Shown one piece after another: positions 13,601 through 29,200 of a stretch of DNA of 64,000 bases; positions within the stretch are counted from its first letter, which is position 1, and each line of letters begins with the position of its first letter. A program made the translations under genes and the position numbers. The notes beneath the pieces were generated by a model that was not told the DNA's origin, searched no databases, and was given only the letters and a program-made list of their open reading frames with translations. This DNA comes from the human T2T-CHM13v2.0 reference genome, Homo sapiens, in NCBI RefSeq assembly GCF_009914755.1, contig NC_060937.1. One strand, given 5' to 3'.

Positions 13601-16600
13601 CTCCATTCCACTCGACTCAATGGGACTCCATTCCATTCCACTTCATTCCATTCCATTCCACCCCATTCCATTCATTTCCTTTCCATTTCATTACACTCCA
13701 TTCCACTCCATTCCATTCCACTCCACTCCACTCCACTCCACTCCATTCCATTCCATTCCACTGCACTCCGATCCACTCCACTCCATTCCATTGCACTCCA
13801 TTCCATTCTACTCCATTCCGTTCCACTTAACTTCAATCCAGTCCAGTCCACTCTATTCCATTCCACTTCATTCCATTCCATTCCTATTCTTTCCATTCCA
13901 TTCTTCTCCATTCCATTCCATTCCATTGCATTCCATTCCATTCCATTCCATTCCATTCCTATTCTTTCCATTCCATTCTTCTCCATCCCATTCCATTCCA
14001 TTCCATTCCATTCCTATTCTTTCCGTTCCATTCTTCTCCATTCCATTCTTCTCCATTCCATTCCATTCCATTCCATTCCACTCCACTCCGCTAAATTCCA
14101 TTCCACTCCACTCCACTCAATTCCATTCCACTCCACTACAGTCCATTCCCTTCCATTCCACTTCACTCCACTCCACTCCACTCCACTGTACTCCACTCCA
14201 TTCCATTCCACTGCACTTCTGTCCACTCCACTCCTCTCCATTCCATTCTGTTCCATTCCATTCCGTTCCATTCCATTCCACTCCATTCCATTCCACTCAA
14301 CTCCTTTTCACTCCATTTCACTCCATTCCACTCCACTCCACTTCACTCCACTCCTCTTGACTCCATTCCTTTAAAATCAATTCCATTGCAATCCACTCCA
14401 TTCCATTCCCTTCCACTCCATTCCACTTCATTCCTCTCCACTTCACTCCAATCCATTCCATTGCACTCCTTTCCATTCCATTCTATTCAATTCCATTCCT
14501 CTCCTTTCCACTCCACTACACTCCACTCCATTCAATTCCATTCCACTCCACTCCATTCCATTCCACTTCACTCCACTCCTCTCCACTCCAGTCCACTAAA
14601 CACCACTCCATTCCATTCCATTCCACTTCACTGCCCTCCGATCCACTCCAGTCAACTCCACTCCACTCCACACCTTCTTTTTCCATTCCATTCCATTCTG
14701 TTCCATTGCATTCTTTTCCATTCCACTCCACTCAATTTCACTCTTTCCACTCCATTCCACTCCACCCAATTATATTCCACTCCAATCCATAACATTCCAC
14801 TCCATTCCACTCCACTCCATTCCACTCCACTCCATTCCATTCCATTCCGTTCCATTCCATTCCACCGAATTCTACTCCATGCCATTTCACTCCATTCCAC
14901 TCCATTTCACTCCATTTCACTCCATTAGACTTCAATATACACCATTCCACCACTCCATTTGCCTCCACTCCATTCCACTCCACTCCCATGCATTCCACTC
15001 CATTCCATTCCACTCCACTCCATTCCATTCCATTCTACTCCATTGCATTCCATTCCTTATTTCCGAATGGATCTCACTCTGTCTCCATGACAGGAGTGCA
15101 GTGGCACAGTCTTAGCTCACATTTCATTTCACCATTCCATTCCATTGCATTCCATTCCATTCCATTCCTTTCCATTTCATTCCACTCGATTCCACTCCAC
15201 TCCACTCCATTCCATTCAACTCCACTCCATTCCACTCCATTCCCTTAAATTCCATTTCACTGCACCCCTATACACTCCACTCCAATCCACTCCATTCCAT
15301 TCTGTTCCTTTCCATTCCGTTTCATTCCATTACATTCCATTCCTTTCCACCCCACTCCATTCCATTCCTCTCCATTCCACTCCACTCTATTACACTCCCC
15401 TCCATTCCACTCCACTCCACTCCATTCCATTCCATTCCACTCCATTCCATTCCATTTTGTTCCATTACACTCTACTCCACTCCATTACACTCCACTCTAT
15501 TCCACTCCTCTTCATTCCACATGACTCCTTTCCTTTCCACTCCTTTCCATTCCACAGCAGTCCATTCCTTTCAAATTTACTCCATTCCATTCCAGTCCTT
15601 TATTTCGACTGGATCTCACTCTTTCCCCAATACTGGAGTGCAGTGGCACAGTCTTAGCTAACATTTCATTTCACCATTCCTTTCCATTCCATTCCATTCC
15701 ATTTCATTCTATTCCATTGGATTCCATTCCACTGCACTCCGATCCATTCCATGCCATTCCACTCCACTCAATTCCATTCCACTCCACTCCACTCCATTAA
15801 ATTCTATTCAACTCCACTCCATTCCACTCCATTCCCTTACATTCCATTTCACTGCACTCTGATAGACTCCACTGTACTCCACTGCACTCCATTCCAATCC
15901 ACTCCATCCCGTTCTTTTCCCTTCCATTCCGTTTCATTCCATTAAGTTCCATTCGATTACATTCCTTTCCACTAAACTCCATTCCATTCCACTCCATTCC
16001 ACTCCACTCCGTTACACTCCACTCCATTCCACTCCACTCCACTCCATTCCGCTCCATTCAATTCCATTCCACTCCATTCCATTCCACGTCATTCCACTCC
16101 ACTGCGTTACACTCCACTCCATTCCACTCCACTCCACTCCATTCCATTCCACTCCATTCCACACCACTCCACTCCATTCCACTCCACTCCACTCCATTCC
16201 GCTTCATTCAATTCCATTCCACTCCATTCCATTGCACTCCATTCCACACCACTCTACTCCATTTCACTCCACTCCACTCCGCTCCATTCCATTCCATTCC
16301 GCTCCATTCCATTCCTTTCCACTCCATTCCATTCCATTCCACTGAACTCCACTCCATTACACTCCATTCAATTCCAATCCACTCCATTCCACAGAGTCCA
16401 TTCCATTCAATTTTACTCCATTCCAGTCCAGTCCTTTATTTTGACTGAATCTCTCTCTGCCCCCATACTGGAGTGCAGTGGCAAAATCTTAGTTCACATT
16501 TCATTTCACCATTCCATTCCATTCCATTCCATTCTATTCCATTGCATTCCTTTCCACTGCACTCCGATCCATTCCATTCCATTCCATTCCATTCCATTCC

Positions 16601-19600
16601 ATTCCATTCTATTCCATTCCAATCCACTCCACTGCACTCCAATCCATTCCATGCCATTCCACTCCCCTTGATTCCATTCCGCTCCACTCCATTCCATTCC
16701 ACTACATTCCATTCCATTCCGTTCCACTCCAATCCATTCCATTCCATTCCATTCCATTCCATTCCATTCCATTGCATTCCATTCCACTGCACTCCGATCC
16801 ATTCCATGCAATTCCTCTCCACTCGATTCCATTCCACTCCACTCCATTCCATTCCACTACATTCCATTCCATTCCATTCCACTCCACTCCATTCCATTCC
16901 ACTCCACTTCATTCCATTCCATTCCATTCCATTCCATTCCATTCCATTACACTCCAATCCATTCCATTCCATTCCACTCCATTCCATTCCATTCCACTTC
17001 ACTCCATTCCATTCCACTCCACTCAACTCCACTCCATTCCATTGCATTGCATTGCATTCCATTCCACTCCATTCCATTCCATTCCATTCCATTCTGGTCC
17101 ATTCCATTCCATTCCACTGCACTCCATTCCATTACACTCCATTCCTCTCCGCTACTCTTCACTCCTCTCTACTCTGTTCAATTCCATTCCATTCCATTCC
17201 ATTACATTGCACTCTGATCCACTCCACGCAACTCCACTCCATTGCATTCCGTTCCATTCTGTTCCATTCTGTTCCGTTCCGTTGCACTCAGTTCCTTTAT
17301 ACTCCACTCCATTCCACTCCACTCCACTCCATTCTTTTCCATTCCACTCCCTTCCATTCCATTCCATTCCACTCCATTCCCGTCCATTGCACTCCACTCC
17401 ATTCCACTCCACTGCACTCCATTCCACTCCATTCCTTTCCATTCCACTCCATTGCTTTCCATTCCAATCCATTAAATTCCATGCCATTATTTCTACTGGA
17501 TCTCACTCTGTCACCCAGACTGTTGTGTAGTGGCACAACCTTAGCTCACATTTTTTCACCATTCCATTCCACTCCATTCCATTCCATTCCATTCCATTCC
17601 ATTCCATTCTATTCCCTTCCATTCCATTCCATTCCATTCCATCCCACTCCAATCCACTCCATTCCACTCAACTCCACAAAAGTCCACTGCCTTCCATTGC
17701 ATTTCATTCCACTCCATTCCATTCCATTCCACTCAATTCCATTCCATCCCATTCCACTGCACTCTGATCCATTCCTCTCAACTCCACACCACTCCATTCC
17801 GTTCCTTTCCATTCCATTCCATTCCATTCTGTTCCATTTCACTCCATTCCTTTCCACTCCACTCCATTCCATTCCACTCCATTTCACTCCATTCCACTCC
17901 ATTTCACTCCATTCCACTCCTTTCCACTCCACTCCAGTCCTCTCCACTCGACAGCACTCCACTCCTTTCCATTCCATTCCAACCCACTGCGCTCTGATTC
18001 ACTCCACTAGACTCCAATCCACTCCAGTCCACTGCATTCCACTATGTTCATTTCCATTCCATTCCTTTCCATTACACTCCATTCCATTCCAATCCACTCC
18101 ATTCCATTGCACTCCATTTCACTCCACTCCACTCCCCTTCACTCCATTCCACTCCATTCCATTTAATTACACTCCAATCCATTCTATTCCATTTCACTCC
18201 ATTCCACTATATTCCACTCCACCCCATTCCACTACACTCCATTTCACTCCACGGCTCTCCATTCCACTCCAATCCACTCCAATCTACCCTGTTCCATTCC
18301 ACGGCACTCCATTCCACTCCACTCTACCCTGTTCCATTCCACTACACTTCATTATTATCCGTTCCATTCTATTCCATTCCACTGCCCTCTGATCCACTCC
18401 ACTCCACTCCACTCCATTCCGTTCCATTCCATTCCATTCCATTCCATTCGTTTCCATTCCATTTCGTTCCGTTCCATTCCATTCCATTCCAGTCCACTCC
18501 TTTCCATTACACTCCGTTCCACTCCACTCCACTCCACTCCGTTCCATTCCATTCCATTCCATTCCATTCCATTCCATTCCTCTGCACTCCAATCCACTAC
18601 TCTAAATTCCATTCTGATGCACTCCACTGCACTCCGTTTCATTTTGTTCCGTTCTGTTCCATTCTGTTCCGTTCTGTTCCATTCTTTTCTGTTCCATTGC
18701 ATTCCACTCCATTCCATTCAACTACACTCCATTCCACTCCACTCCACTCCATTCCATTCCGTTCCATTCCACTCTCTTCCACTCCGTTCCACTCCATTCC
18801 ATTCCACTCCACTCCATTCAATTCCATTCTACTCCATTCCATTCCACTCCATTATTTCAATTGGCTCTCACTCTGTCACCCAGACTGGAATGCAGTGGCA
18901 CAGTCTTAGCTCACATTTCGTTTGAGAATTCCATTCCATTCCATTCCATTCCACTTCAGTCCCCTCCACTCCACTCAACTCCACACAACTCCACTCCATT
19001 CCATTCCATTCCACTCCACTCCACTCCATTCCATTCCACTCCACTCCATTCCATTTCATTGCATTCCATTCCATTCCACTCCATTCCATTCCACTCCATT
19101 CCACTGCACTCCACTTCACTCCACTCTACTCTACTACATTCTATTCCATTCCATTCCACTGCACTCTGATCCACTCCACTCAACTCCACTCCACTCCACT
19201 ACTCTACACTCTGTTCCATTCCGTTCCATTCCATTCCTTCCATTCTATTCTAATCCATTCCCTTCCTCTCCACTCCATTCCACTCCACTCCATTTCACTC
19301 CATTCCACTCCATTTCACTCGACTCAACGGCACTCCATTACATTCCACTTCATTCCATTCCATTCCACCCCATTCCATTCCATTCCATTCCACTCCACTC
19401 CCTTCCATTCCACTCCACTCCACTACATTCCACGACACTCCATTCTACTCCATTCCATTCCATTCCATTACGCTTCTCTCCATTCCACTAAATTCCATTC
19501 CATTCCTTTCTACTGCACTTTTATCCACTCCACACAGCTCCACTCCACTCCACTCTGTTCCCTTCTGATCAATTCCATTCCATTGCATTCCATTCCGTTC

Positions 19601-20175
19601 CATTCCATTCCATTCCATTCCACTCCACTCGACTCCATTCCATTCCACTCCATTCTACTCCATTCCACTCCACTCCACTCCACGCCAGTCCACTCCACTG
19701 CACTCCACTCCACTCCATTCCATTCCATTTCACTGCACTCCAATCCACTCCACTCAACTCCACTCCAATTCACTCCACTATGTTCTGTTCCATTCCATTC
19801 CATTCCATTCCATTCCATTCCATTCCATTCCACTCCATTCCATTCCACTCCATTTCACTCCATTACACTCCATTCCACTCCACTACACTCCCCTCCCTTC
19901 CATTTCACTCCATTCCATTCCATTCCACTCCATTCCATTCCATTCCATTCCATTCCATTCCATTCCATTCCTTTCCATTCCTCTCCACTCCACTCCTTTC
20001 CACTCCACTACACCCCATTCCACTCCACTCCACTCCATTCCACTTCTATCCATTCCACTCCACTCCGTTACATTCTACTCCACCTCATGTCATTCCACTC
20101 CATTCCATTCCACTCCATTCCACTCCACTCCACTCCTCTCCATTCCATTCTTCTTTACTCTATTCCATTCCATTC

Positions 20176-20239
20176 CTTTATTTCGATTGGATCTCACTCT
20201 GTCACCCAGACTGGAGTGCAGTGGCACAATCTTAGCGCA
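20176..20239 (-). mobile_element. Representative near-consensus 64-bp Alu-derived cassette
   Basis: ctttatttcgattggatctcactctgtcacccagactggagtgcagtggcacaatcttagcgca. Confidence 0.9.
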
Positions 20240-23200
20240 CATTACATTTCATCTTTCCATTCCATGGCATTCCATTCCATTCCATTCTATTATATTCTAC
20301 TCCACTCCACTCCACTCCATTCCATTCCACTCCACCCCTTTCCTTTCCTTTCCTTTCCTTTCCTTTCAATTCCACTCCTTTCCATTCCATTCCATTCCAT
20401 TCCACTTCACTCCAAACCACTCCAGTCATATCCTCTCCACTCCACTACGTTCCATTCCGTTCAACTCCATTCTCGTCCATTCCATTCCGTTTCATTCCAT
20501 TCCATTCCATTCCAATCCAGTCCATTGCATTCCACTCGATTCCACTCCAATTCACTCAACTCCACTCCATTCCATTCCATTCCATTCCATTCCATTCCAT
20601 TCCACTGCACTCCCACCCCCTCCACACAACTCCACTTCACTGCACTCCACTCCACTCCGTTTCATTGTGTTCTATTCCATTCCTTTCCGTTCCATTCCAT
20701 TACATTCGATTCCAATCCACTACATTCCAATCCACTACATTCCACTCCGTTCCACTCCATTCCATTCCATTCCACTCCACTCCACTCCATTCCAATCCAC
20801 TCCTCTCCATTCCACTCCACTCCACTCCATTCCACTGCATTCCATTCCATTCCACTCCTTTCAGTTCCATTCCTTTCCACTCCAATCCAATCCGTTATAC
20901 TACAATCCATTCCACTCCACTTCCATTCCACTCTGTTATACTGCAATCCATTCCACTCCACTTCCATTCCTCTCCACTCCACTCCCTGCCACTCCATTCC
21001 ACTCTACTCCATTCCATTCTACTCCATTCCATTCCTTTCCTTTATGTCGACTGGATCTCACTCTGTCACCCAGAGCAGAGTGCAGTGGCACTGTCTTAGC
21101 TCACATTTCATTTCACCATTCCATTCCATTTCATTCCACTCCACTCCACTCCACTCCACTGAACTCTGTTCCATTCCATACCATTCCATTCCACGCCACT
21201 CCATACCACTCCATTCCACACCAGTCCACTCCACTCCATTCCACGCCACTCCACTCCACTAAACACCAGTCCACTCTACTCCATTCCCTTACATCCAATC
21301 GATTCCTTTCCTTTCCAGTCCATTCCACTGCACTCCAATACATTGTATGCAACTCCACTCCACTCCACTCTGTTCCATTCTGTTCCATTTCGTTCCATTC
21401 TGTTCCATTCCATTCCAATCAATTCCATTCCACTCCACTCCACTACACTCCAATCCATTTCACTCCATTCCACTCCATTCCACTCCGCTTTACTAAACTG
21501 CTTTTTATTCCACTCCATTCCACTCCATTCCAATCCACTCTATTCCATTCTACTCCACACTACTCCATTCCACTCCATTTCAATCCACTGCACTCCATGC
21601 CATTCCATTCTACTCTGTTCCATTGCATTCCTTTATTTCGACTGGATCTCACTCTGTCACCCAGACTGGAGTGCAGTGGCTCAATCTGAGCACACATTTC
21701 ATTTCACCAATCCATTTCATTCTTTTCCAATCCTTTCCATTCCATTCCACTCCAATCCACTCCAGTCCTCTCCATTCCTCTACACTCCTTTCCATTGTCT
21801 TCCATTTCACTCCACGGCAATACGATCCATTCCACTCAAAACCACTGCAGTCCACTGTGCTCAATTCCGTTCCGTTACTTTCCATTCCATTCCATTCCAT
21901 TTCATTCCATTCCATTCCATTCCATTCCATTCCATTCCACTCCATTCCACTGCATTCCACTCCATTCCATTCCACTCCCTTCCACTCCCTTCCACTATAT
22001 TCCACTCCACTCCGTTCCACTCCACTACACTCCACTGCCCTCCATTCCATTCCATTCCATTCTTTTCCATTCCATTCCATTCCATTCTTTTCCATTCCAT
22101 TCCATTCCTTTCCATTCCATTCTATTCCACTCCACTGCAGTTCTTTCAATTTTGTTCCAGTGCTTTCCTTTATGTTCCATTCCACTCCATTCCTTTCCAC
22201 TCCACTCCTTTCCACTCCTCTCCATTTCACTCCATTCCACTCCTCTCCATTTCACTCCATTCCACTCCATTCACCTCAACTCCGCTCCACTCCACTGCAC
22301 TCCACTCCAATCCCTTCCATTCCACCCCATTCCATTACATTCCATTCCACTCCTTTCCATTACATTCCACTACTTTCCACTTCATTCCACGCCATTCCCC
22401 TCCACAGCATTCCACTCCACTCCCTTCCAATCCACTCCACTCCATTCCATTCCATTCCACTCCATTCCATTCCATTCCAATCCATTCCACTTCAATCCAC
22501 TTCACTCCAATCCACTCCATTCCATTCCATTCCACTCCATTCCATTCCATTCCACTCCATTCCATTCCTTTCCAATCCATTCCACTTGAATCCATTCCAC
22601 TCCATTCCACTTGAATCCATTCCACTCCATTCCACTCCATTCCATTCCACTCCACTCCATCCCATTCCATTCCACTCCACTCCATTCCATTCCATTCAAT
22701 TCCACTCCATTCCATTCCATTCCAATCCATTCCACTTCAATCCACTTCACTCCATTCCACTCCATTCCATTGCATTCCACTCCATTCCATTCCTTTCCAA
22801 TCCATTCCACTTCAATCCATTCCACTCCATTCCATTCCATTCCACTCCATTCCCTTCCATTCCATTCCACTCCACTCCATTCCATTCCTTTCTACTCCAT
22901 TCCATTCAATTCCTTTATTTCGATTGGATCTCACTCTCTCACCCAGATTGGAGAGCAGTGGCACAAACTAAGCTCATGTTTCATTTCACCATTCCATTCC
23001 ATTCCATTCCATTCCATTCCATTCCACTGTACTCCGATCCACTCCACTCCACTCCACTCCACTTTAATCCACTAAGTTCAATTCCGTTCCCTTCCATTCT
23101 GTTCCGTTCCGTTCCCTACCCGACCATTCTATTCCACTCCACTCCATTCCACCTCACTCCATTTCTCTGCATTACACTCCATTCCATTCCACTCCACTGT

Positions 23201-26200
23201 ACTCCACACCCCTCCACTCCGTTCCATTGTATTCCATTACACTCCATTCCATTCCACTGCATTCCATTCCATTTCATTCCATTCTACTCCACTCCATTCC
23301 ATTCCACTCCACTCCAGTCCATTCCACTCCACTCCACTGCACTCTGCTCCACTCCAATCAACTCCATTCCACTCCACTGCACTAAACTCCACTCCAGTCC
23401 ACTTCATTCCCTTCCATTTCATTCCACTACACTCCACTCCATTCCAGTCCACTCCACTCCACTCCACTCCACTCCATTCCATTCCATTCCATTCCATTCC
23501 ACTCCACTCCATTCCACTCCACTCCATTCCATTCCACTCCATTCCACTCCATTCCATTCCATTCCATCCCATTCCACTGTATTCCAATCCACTCCATTTC
23601 ACCTCAATCCATTCCACTTCACTCCACTCCATTCACTCCACTCCATTTCCTTCCACTCTTCCATTCCATTCTATTCCACTCCATTCCACTCCATTCCACT
23701 CCACTCCACTCCATTCCACTCCATTCCATACCATTTTATTCCATTCCATTCCATTCTATTCCATTCCATTCCATTCCTCTATTTCGATTGGATCTCACTC
23801 TGTCACCCAGACTTGTGTGCAGTGGCACAATCTTAGCTCACCTTACATTTCACCATTCCATTCCATTCCATTCCATTCCATTCCATTCCATTCCAATCCA
23901 TGGAAATCCACTCCACTCCACTCCACTCCGCTCCACTCCTTTCTATTCCACTCCACCTCGTTCCATTCCATTCTATTCCTTTCCATTTCATTCCATTCCA
24001 TTCCACTGCACTCCGATCCACTTCACTCCACTCAACTCCACTCCATTCCACTCCACTACTTTCCATTCCATTCCATTCCATTCTGTTCCATTCCATTCCA
24101 TTCAACTCAACTCCATTCCGTTCCCCTGCATTCCACTCCAATTCACTCCACTCCACTCCATTCCATTCCATACCATTCCATTCCACTGCACTCCTATCCA
24201 CTCCACACAACTCCACTCCACTGCACTCCACTCCACTCCGTTCCATTCCATTCCGTTCCATTTTATTTCTTTCCATTCCACTCCATTCCATTCCACTCCT
24301 GTACATTCCACTACACTCCATTCCATTCCATTCAACTCCATTCCTTTCCATTCAATTCCACTCCACTCCTGTCCACTCCATTCCAATCCACTCCACTCCT
24401 TTCCACTGCATTCCATTCCATTCCACTCCATTCCGTTCCATTCCATTCCACTCCGTTATACTGCCATCCATTCCATTCCATTCCATTCCACTCCACTCCA
24501 CTCCATTCCACTCCATTTCATTCCACTCCACTCCATGCCTCTCCATTCCATTGCACTCCACTCCATTCCATTCCATTCTACTGCATTCCATTCCACTCTT
24601 TCATTTCGATTGGGTCTCACTCTGTTACCCAGACAGGAATTCAGTGGCACAATCTTAGCTCACATTTCATTTCACACTTCCGTTCCATTCCATTCCATTT
24701 CTTTCCACTCCACTCCAGTCCACTCAACTCCACTGCACTCCAATCAACTCTATTCCATTCCGTTCCTTTCCATTCCTTTCCATTGCATTTTCTTCCGTTC
24801 CATTCCATTCCATTCCACTCCACTCCATTCCACTCCATAACACTCCATTCCACTCCAGTCCACTCTACTCCACTGCACTCCACTACACTCCATTCCACTC
24901 CACTACATTAAACCCCACTCCACTACACTCCATTCCATTCCATTCCATTCCACTGCACTCCGATACACTCCACTCAACTCCACTCCACTCCTTTCCAATA
25001 CACTCCATTCCATTCCATTCCATTCCATTCCATTCCATTCTCTTATGTTCCATTCCATTCCACTCCATTCCACTCCACGCCATTCCACTCCACTCCATTT
25101 CTCTCCATTCCACATCATTCCACTCCACTCCACTAAATTCCACTCCATTCCACTCTATTTCACTCCTCTCCACTCCACTTCATTCTACTCCATTTCACTC
25201 CATTCCACTCGACTCCATTCCATTTCATTCCATTCCATTCCATGCTACTCAATTTCACTCCATTTCACTCCTTCCCACGCCACTCCATTTCACTCCATTC
25301 CACTCCACTACACTCCACTCCTTTCCACTCCACTCTATTCCACTCCACTCCATTCCACTCCAATCCAGTTCTCTACATTACAGTCCAATCCATTCCACTC
25401 CACTGCACTCCACTCCACTCCGTTCCATTCCATTCCATTCAAATCCATTCCATTCCATTGCATTCTGTTCCATTTCATTCCCTTCCACTCTACTCCATTC
25501 CATTCCACTCCATTCAACTACATTCCATTCCACTCCACTCCGCTCCACTCCAATCAACTCCATTTCACTCCACTCCACTAAATTGCACTCCATTCCACTT
25601 CATTCCATTCCATTTCATTCCACTCCACTCCACTCCATTCCATTGCATTTTACTTCATTAATAGCTCACATTTCATTCCACCGTTCCATTCCATTCCATT
25701 CCATTCCATTCCATTCCACTCCACTCCATTCCATTTCACTCCATTACACTGCACTCCACTTTACTCCACTCGACTCTTCCATTCCATTCCATTCCATTCC
25801 ATTCCACTGCACTCTGATCCCCTCCACTCAACTCTACTCCACTCCTAAACACTCCATTCCATTCCTTTCTGTTCCATTCCATTCTGTTCCTTTCTAATCC
25901 ATTCCATTCCACTCCACTCCATTCCTCTCCACTACTTTCTCTCCATTCCAATCCATTCCACTGCACTCCACAGCACTCCATTCCGTTCCACTACATTGCA
26001 TTCCATTCCACCTCATTCCATTCCATTCCATTCCATTCCACTCCATTCCACTCCATTCCACTCTACTCCATTCCACTCCACTCCAGTCCACTCCAGTCCA
26101 CTCCTTTCCACTCCATTCCACTCCACTCCAGTCCACTCCAGTCCACTCCTTTCCACTCCATTCCATTCCACTCCACTGCCATTCCATTGGATTTTACTCC

Positions 26201-29200
26201 ATTACATCCCATTCCTTTATTTCGACTGGATCTCCCTCTGTCACCCAGATTGGAGTTCAGTGGCACAGTCTTAGCTGACATTTCATTTCACCATTCCTTT
26301 TCATTCCGTTCCATTCCATTCCCTTCCATTCCACTCCGTTCCACTCCACTCTATTCCACTGCACTCCAATCCACTGCAGTCCACTCCATTCCACTCCACT
26401 CCACTCCTCTCCATTCCATTTCACTAAACTCTACTCCATGTCATTCCACGGCATTCCATTCCATTCCACTCCACTCTATTCCATTAATCTCCACTGCACT
26501 CCATTCCACTGCTTTCCACTAAATTCCATTCCACTCCAGTCCATTCCATGACATTACATTACATTCCAGTCCACTGCACTGTGATGAACTCCACTCCACT
26601 CCACTCCACTCCGTTCCATTCCACTACATTCCATTCCAGTCCACTCCATTCCTTTCCATTCCACTCCACTCCAATCCATTCCACTCCACTCCACTCCATT
26701 CCACTACAATCCATTCCACTCCACTCCATTCCATTCCGTTCCATTACACTTCACTCCATTCCATTATATTCAATTCCATTCCTTTCCACTGCACTTTTAT
26801 CCACTCCACTCAATCCCACTCCACTCCACTCCGTTCCCTTCTGATCCATTCCATTCCACTCCATTTTACTCCATTCCATTCCACTCTACTCCACTCCACT
26901 GCACTCCACTAAACTCCATTCCACTCCTTTCCATTCCATTCCACTGCACTCTGATCGACTCCACTCCACTCCACTCCATTCCATACCATTCCGTTCTGTT
27001 CCGGTCCATTCCACTCCCTTCAATTCCACTCCAATCCCTTCCATTCCACTCAATTTCACGCCATTCCACTCCATTCTACTCCACTCCACTCCATACCATT
27101 CCACTCTATTCTCTTCCATTCCACTCCATTCCATTCCATTTCACTCAATTCCACTCTATTCCAATCCACTCCATTCCACTTCAATCCGTTCAACTCCACT
27201 CCACTCCATTCTACTCCATTGTATTTCATTCCACTCCATTCCTTTCCATTCCATTCCACTCCATTTTACTCCACTCCACTCCATTCCATTTCATTCCATT
27301 CCTCTTTACGCCATTTCATTGCATTCCTTTATTTCCATTGGATCTCACTCTGTCACCCAGACTGGAGTGCGGTTGCACAATCTTAGGTAACATTACATTT
27401 CACCAGTCCATTCCATTCCATTCCATTCCATTCCATTCCATTCCACTCCATTCCATTTCAATCCATTCCATTCAATTCCATTCTATTCCATTCTATTCCA
27501 TGCCACTCAACTCCATTCCATTCCACTCCACCACTTTCCATTCCATTCCATTCCACTCCACTAAATTCCATCCCCTTCCACTGCACTCTGATCCTCTCCA
27601 GTCAAATCCACTCCTCTCCACTCCACTACATTCCGTTTTTTTGGATTCCATTCTATTCCATTCCATTCCGTTTCAATCCATTTCATTCCATGCCACTCCA
27701 CTCCATTCCATTCCTCTCCATTCCACTCCACTTCACTCCACTCCACTCCACTCCATTCCATTCCATTCCATTCCATTCCATTCCATTCCATTCCATTCCA
27801 TTGCACACCAGTCCCTTCCATTCCATTCCATTCCTTTCCACTCCACTCGACTGCAGTCCGTTCAATTAGGTTCCAATCCTTTGCTTTCCATTCCATTCCA
27901 CTCCATTCCGTTCCACTCCACTCCTTTCTACTCCTCTCTTTTTCACTCTATTCCACTCCATTCCACTCTACTCTGCTCCACTGTACTTTACTCCACTCCA
28001 ATCCACTCCATTCCATTCCATTCCATTCCATTCCATTCCATTCCATTCCACTGCACTCCGATACCCTCCACGCAACTCCACTCCACTCCACTCTTTTCCA
28101 TTCTGTTCCATTCTGTTCTGTTCTGTTCCATTCCATTCCATGCCATTCAATTCCACTCCACTCAACACAATTTCACTCCATTCCACTCCATTCCACTATA
28201 GTCTACTGAACTCCATTCCATTCCACTCCATTCCAAACCACTCCACTCCATTCCACTCCATTCCATTTCACTCCACTCTATTCAATTCCATTCTACTCCA
28301 TTCCATTGCATTCCTTTGTTTCTTCTGGATCTCACTCTGTCACCCAGACTGGAGTTCAGTGGCACAATCTTAGAACACATTACATTTCACCATTCCATTT
28401 CATTCCATTCCATTCCTTTCCATTCCACTCCACTCCACTCAACTCCTCTCCATTCCTGTGCACACCTTTCTATTCCATTCCATTCCATTCTACGGTAATC
28501 CAATCCATTCTAATCAACACCACTCCACTCCACTCTGCTCCACTCCGTTCCATTCCATTCCATTTCATTCCATTCCATTCCATTCCATTGCATTCCATTC
28601 CATACTATTCCTTTCCATTCCATTCCATTCCATTCCACTCTACTCAAATTCCATTCCACTCCATTCCACTCCACTCCACTACACTCCACTGCAATCCATT
28701 CCATTCCATTCCACTGCAAACCACTCCTTTCCATTCCATTCCATTCCATTCCTTTCCAGTCCTTTACTTTCCATACCATTCCACTCCATTCCATTCCACT
28801 CCACTCCTTTCCACTCTTCTCCATTTCACTCCATTCCACTCCATTACACTCCAGTCCGCTCCACTCCACTCCAATCCACTCCACTACACTCCAGTCCGCT
28901 CCACTCCACTCCACTCCACTCCATTCCACTCCATTCCATTCCACTCCAGTCCATTCCATTCCATTCCATTGCACTCCATTCCATTGCACTCCATTCCATT
29001 CCATTCCACTCCATTCCACTCCATTCCAATCCATTCCACTTCAATCCAATCCACTACATTCCTTTCGTTTCTACTCCATTTCATTCCATTCATTTATTTC
29101 GACTGGATCTCACTCTGTCATCCAGACTGGAGAGCAGTGGCAATATCTTAGCTCACATTTCATTTCAGCATTCCATTCCATTCCATTCCAATCTATTCCA

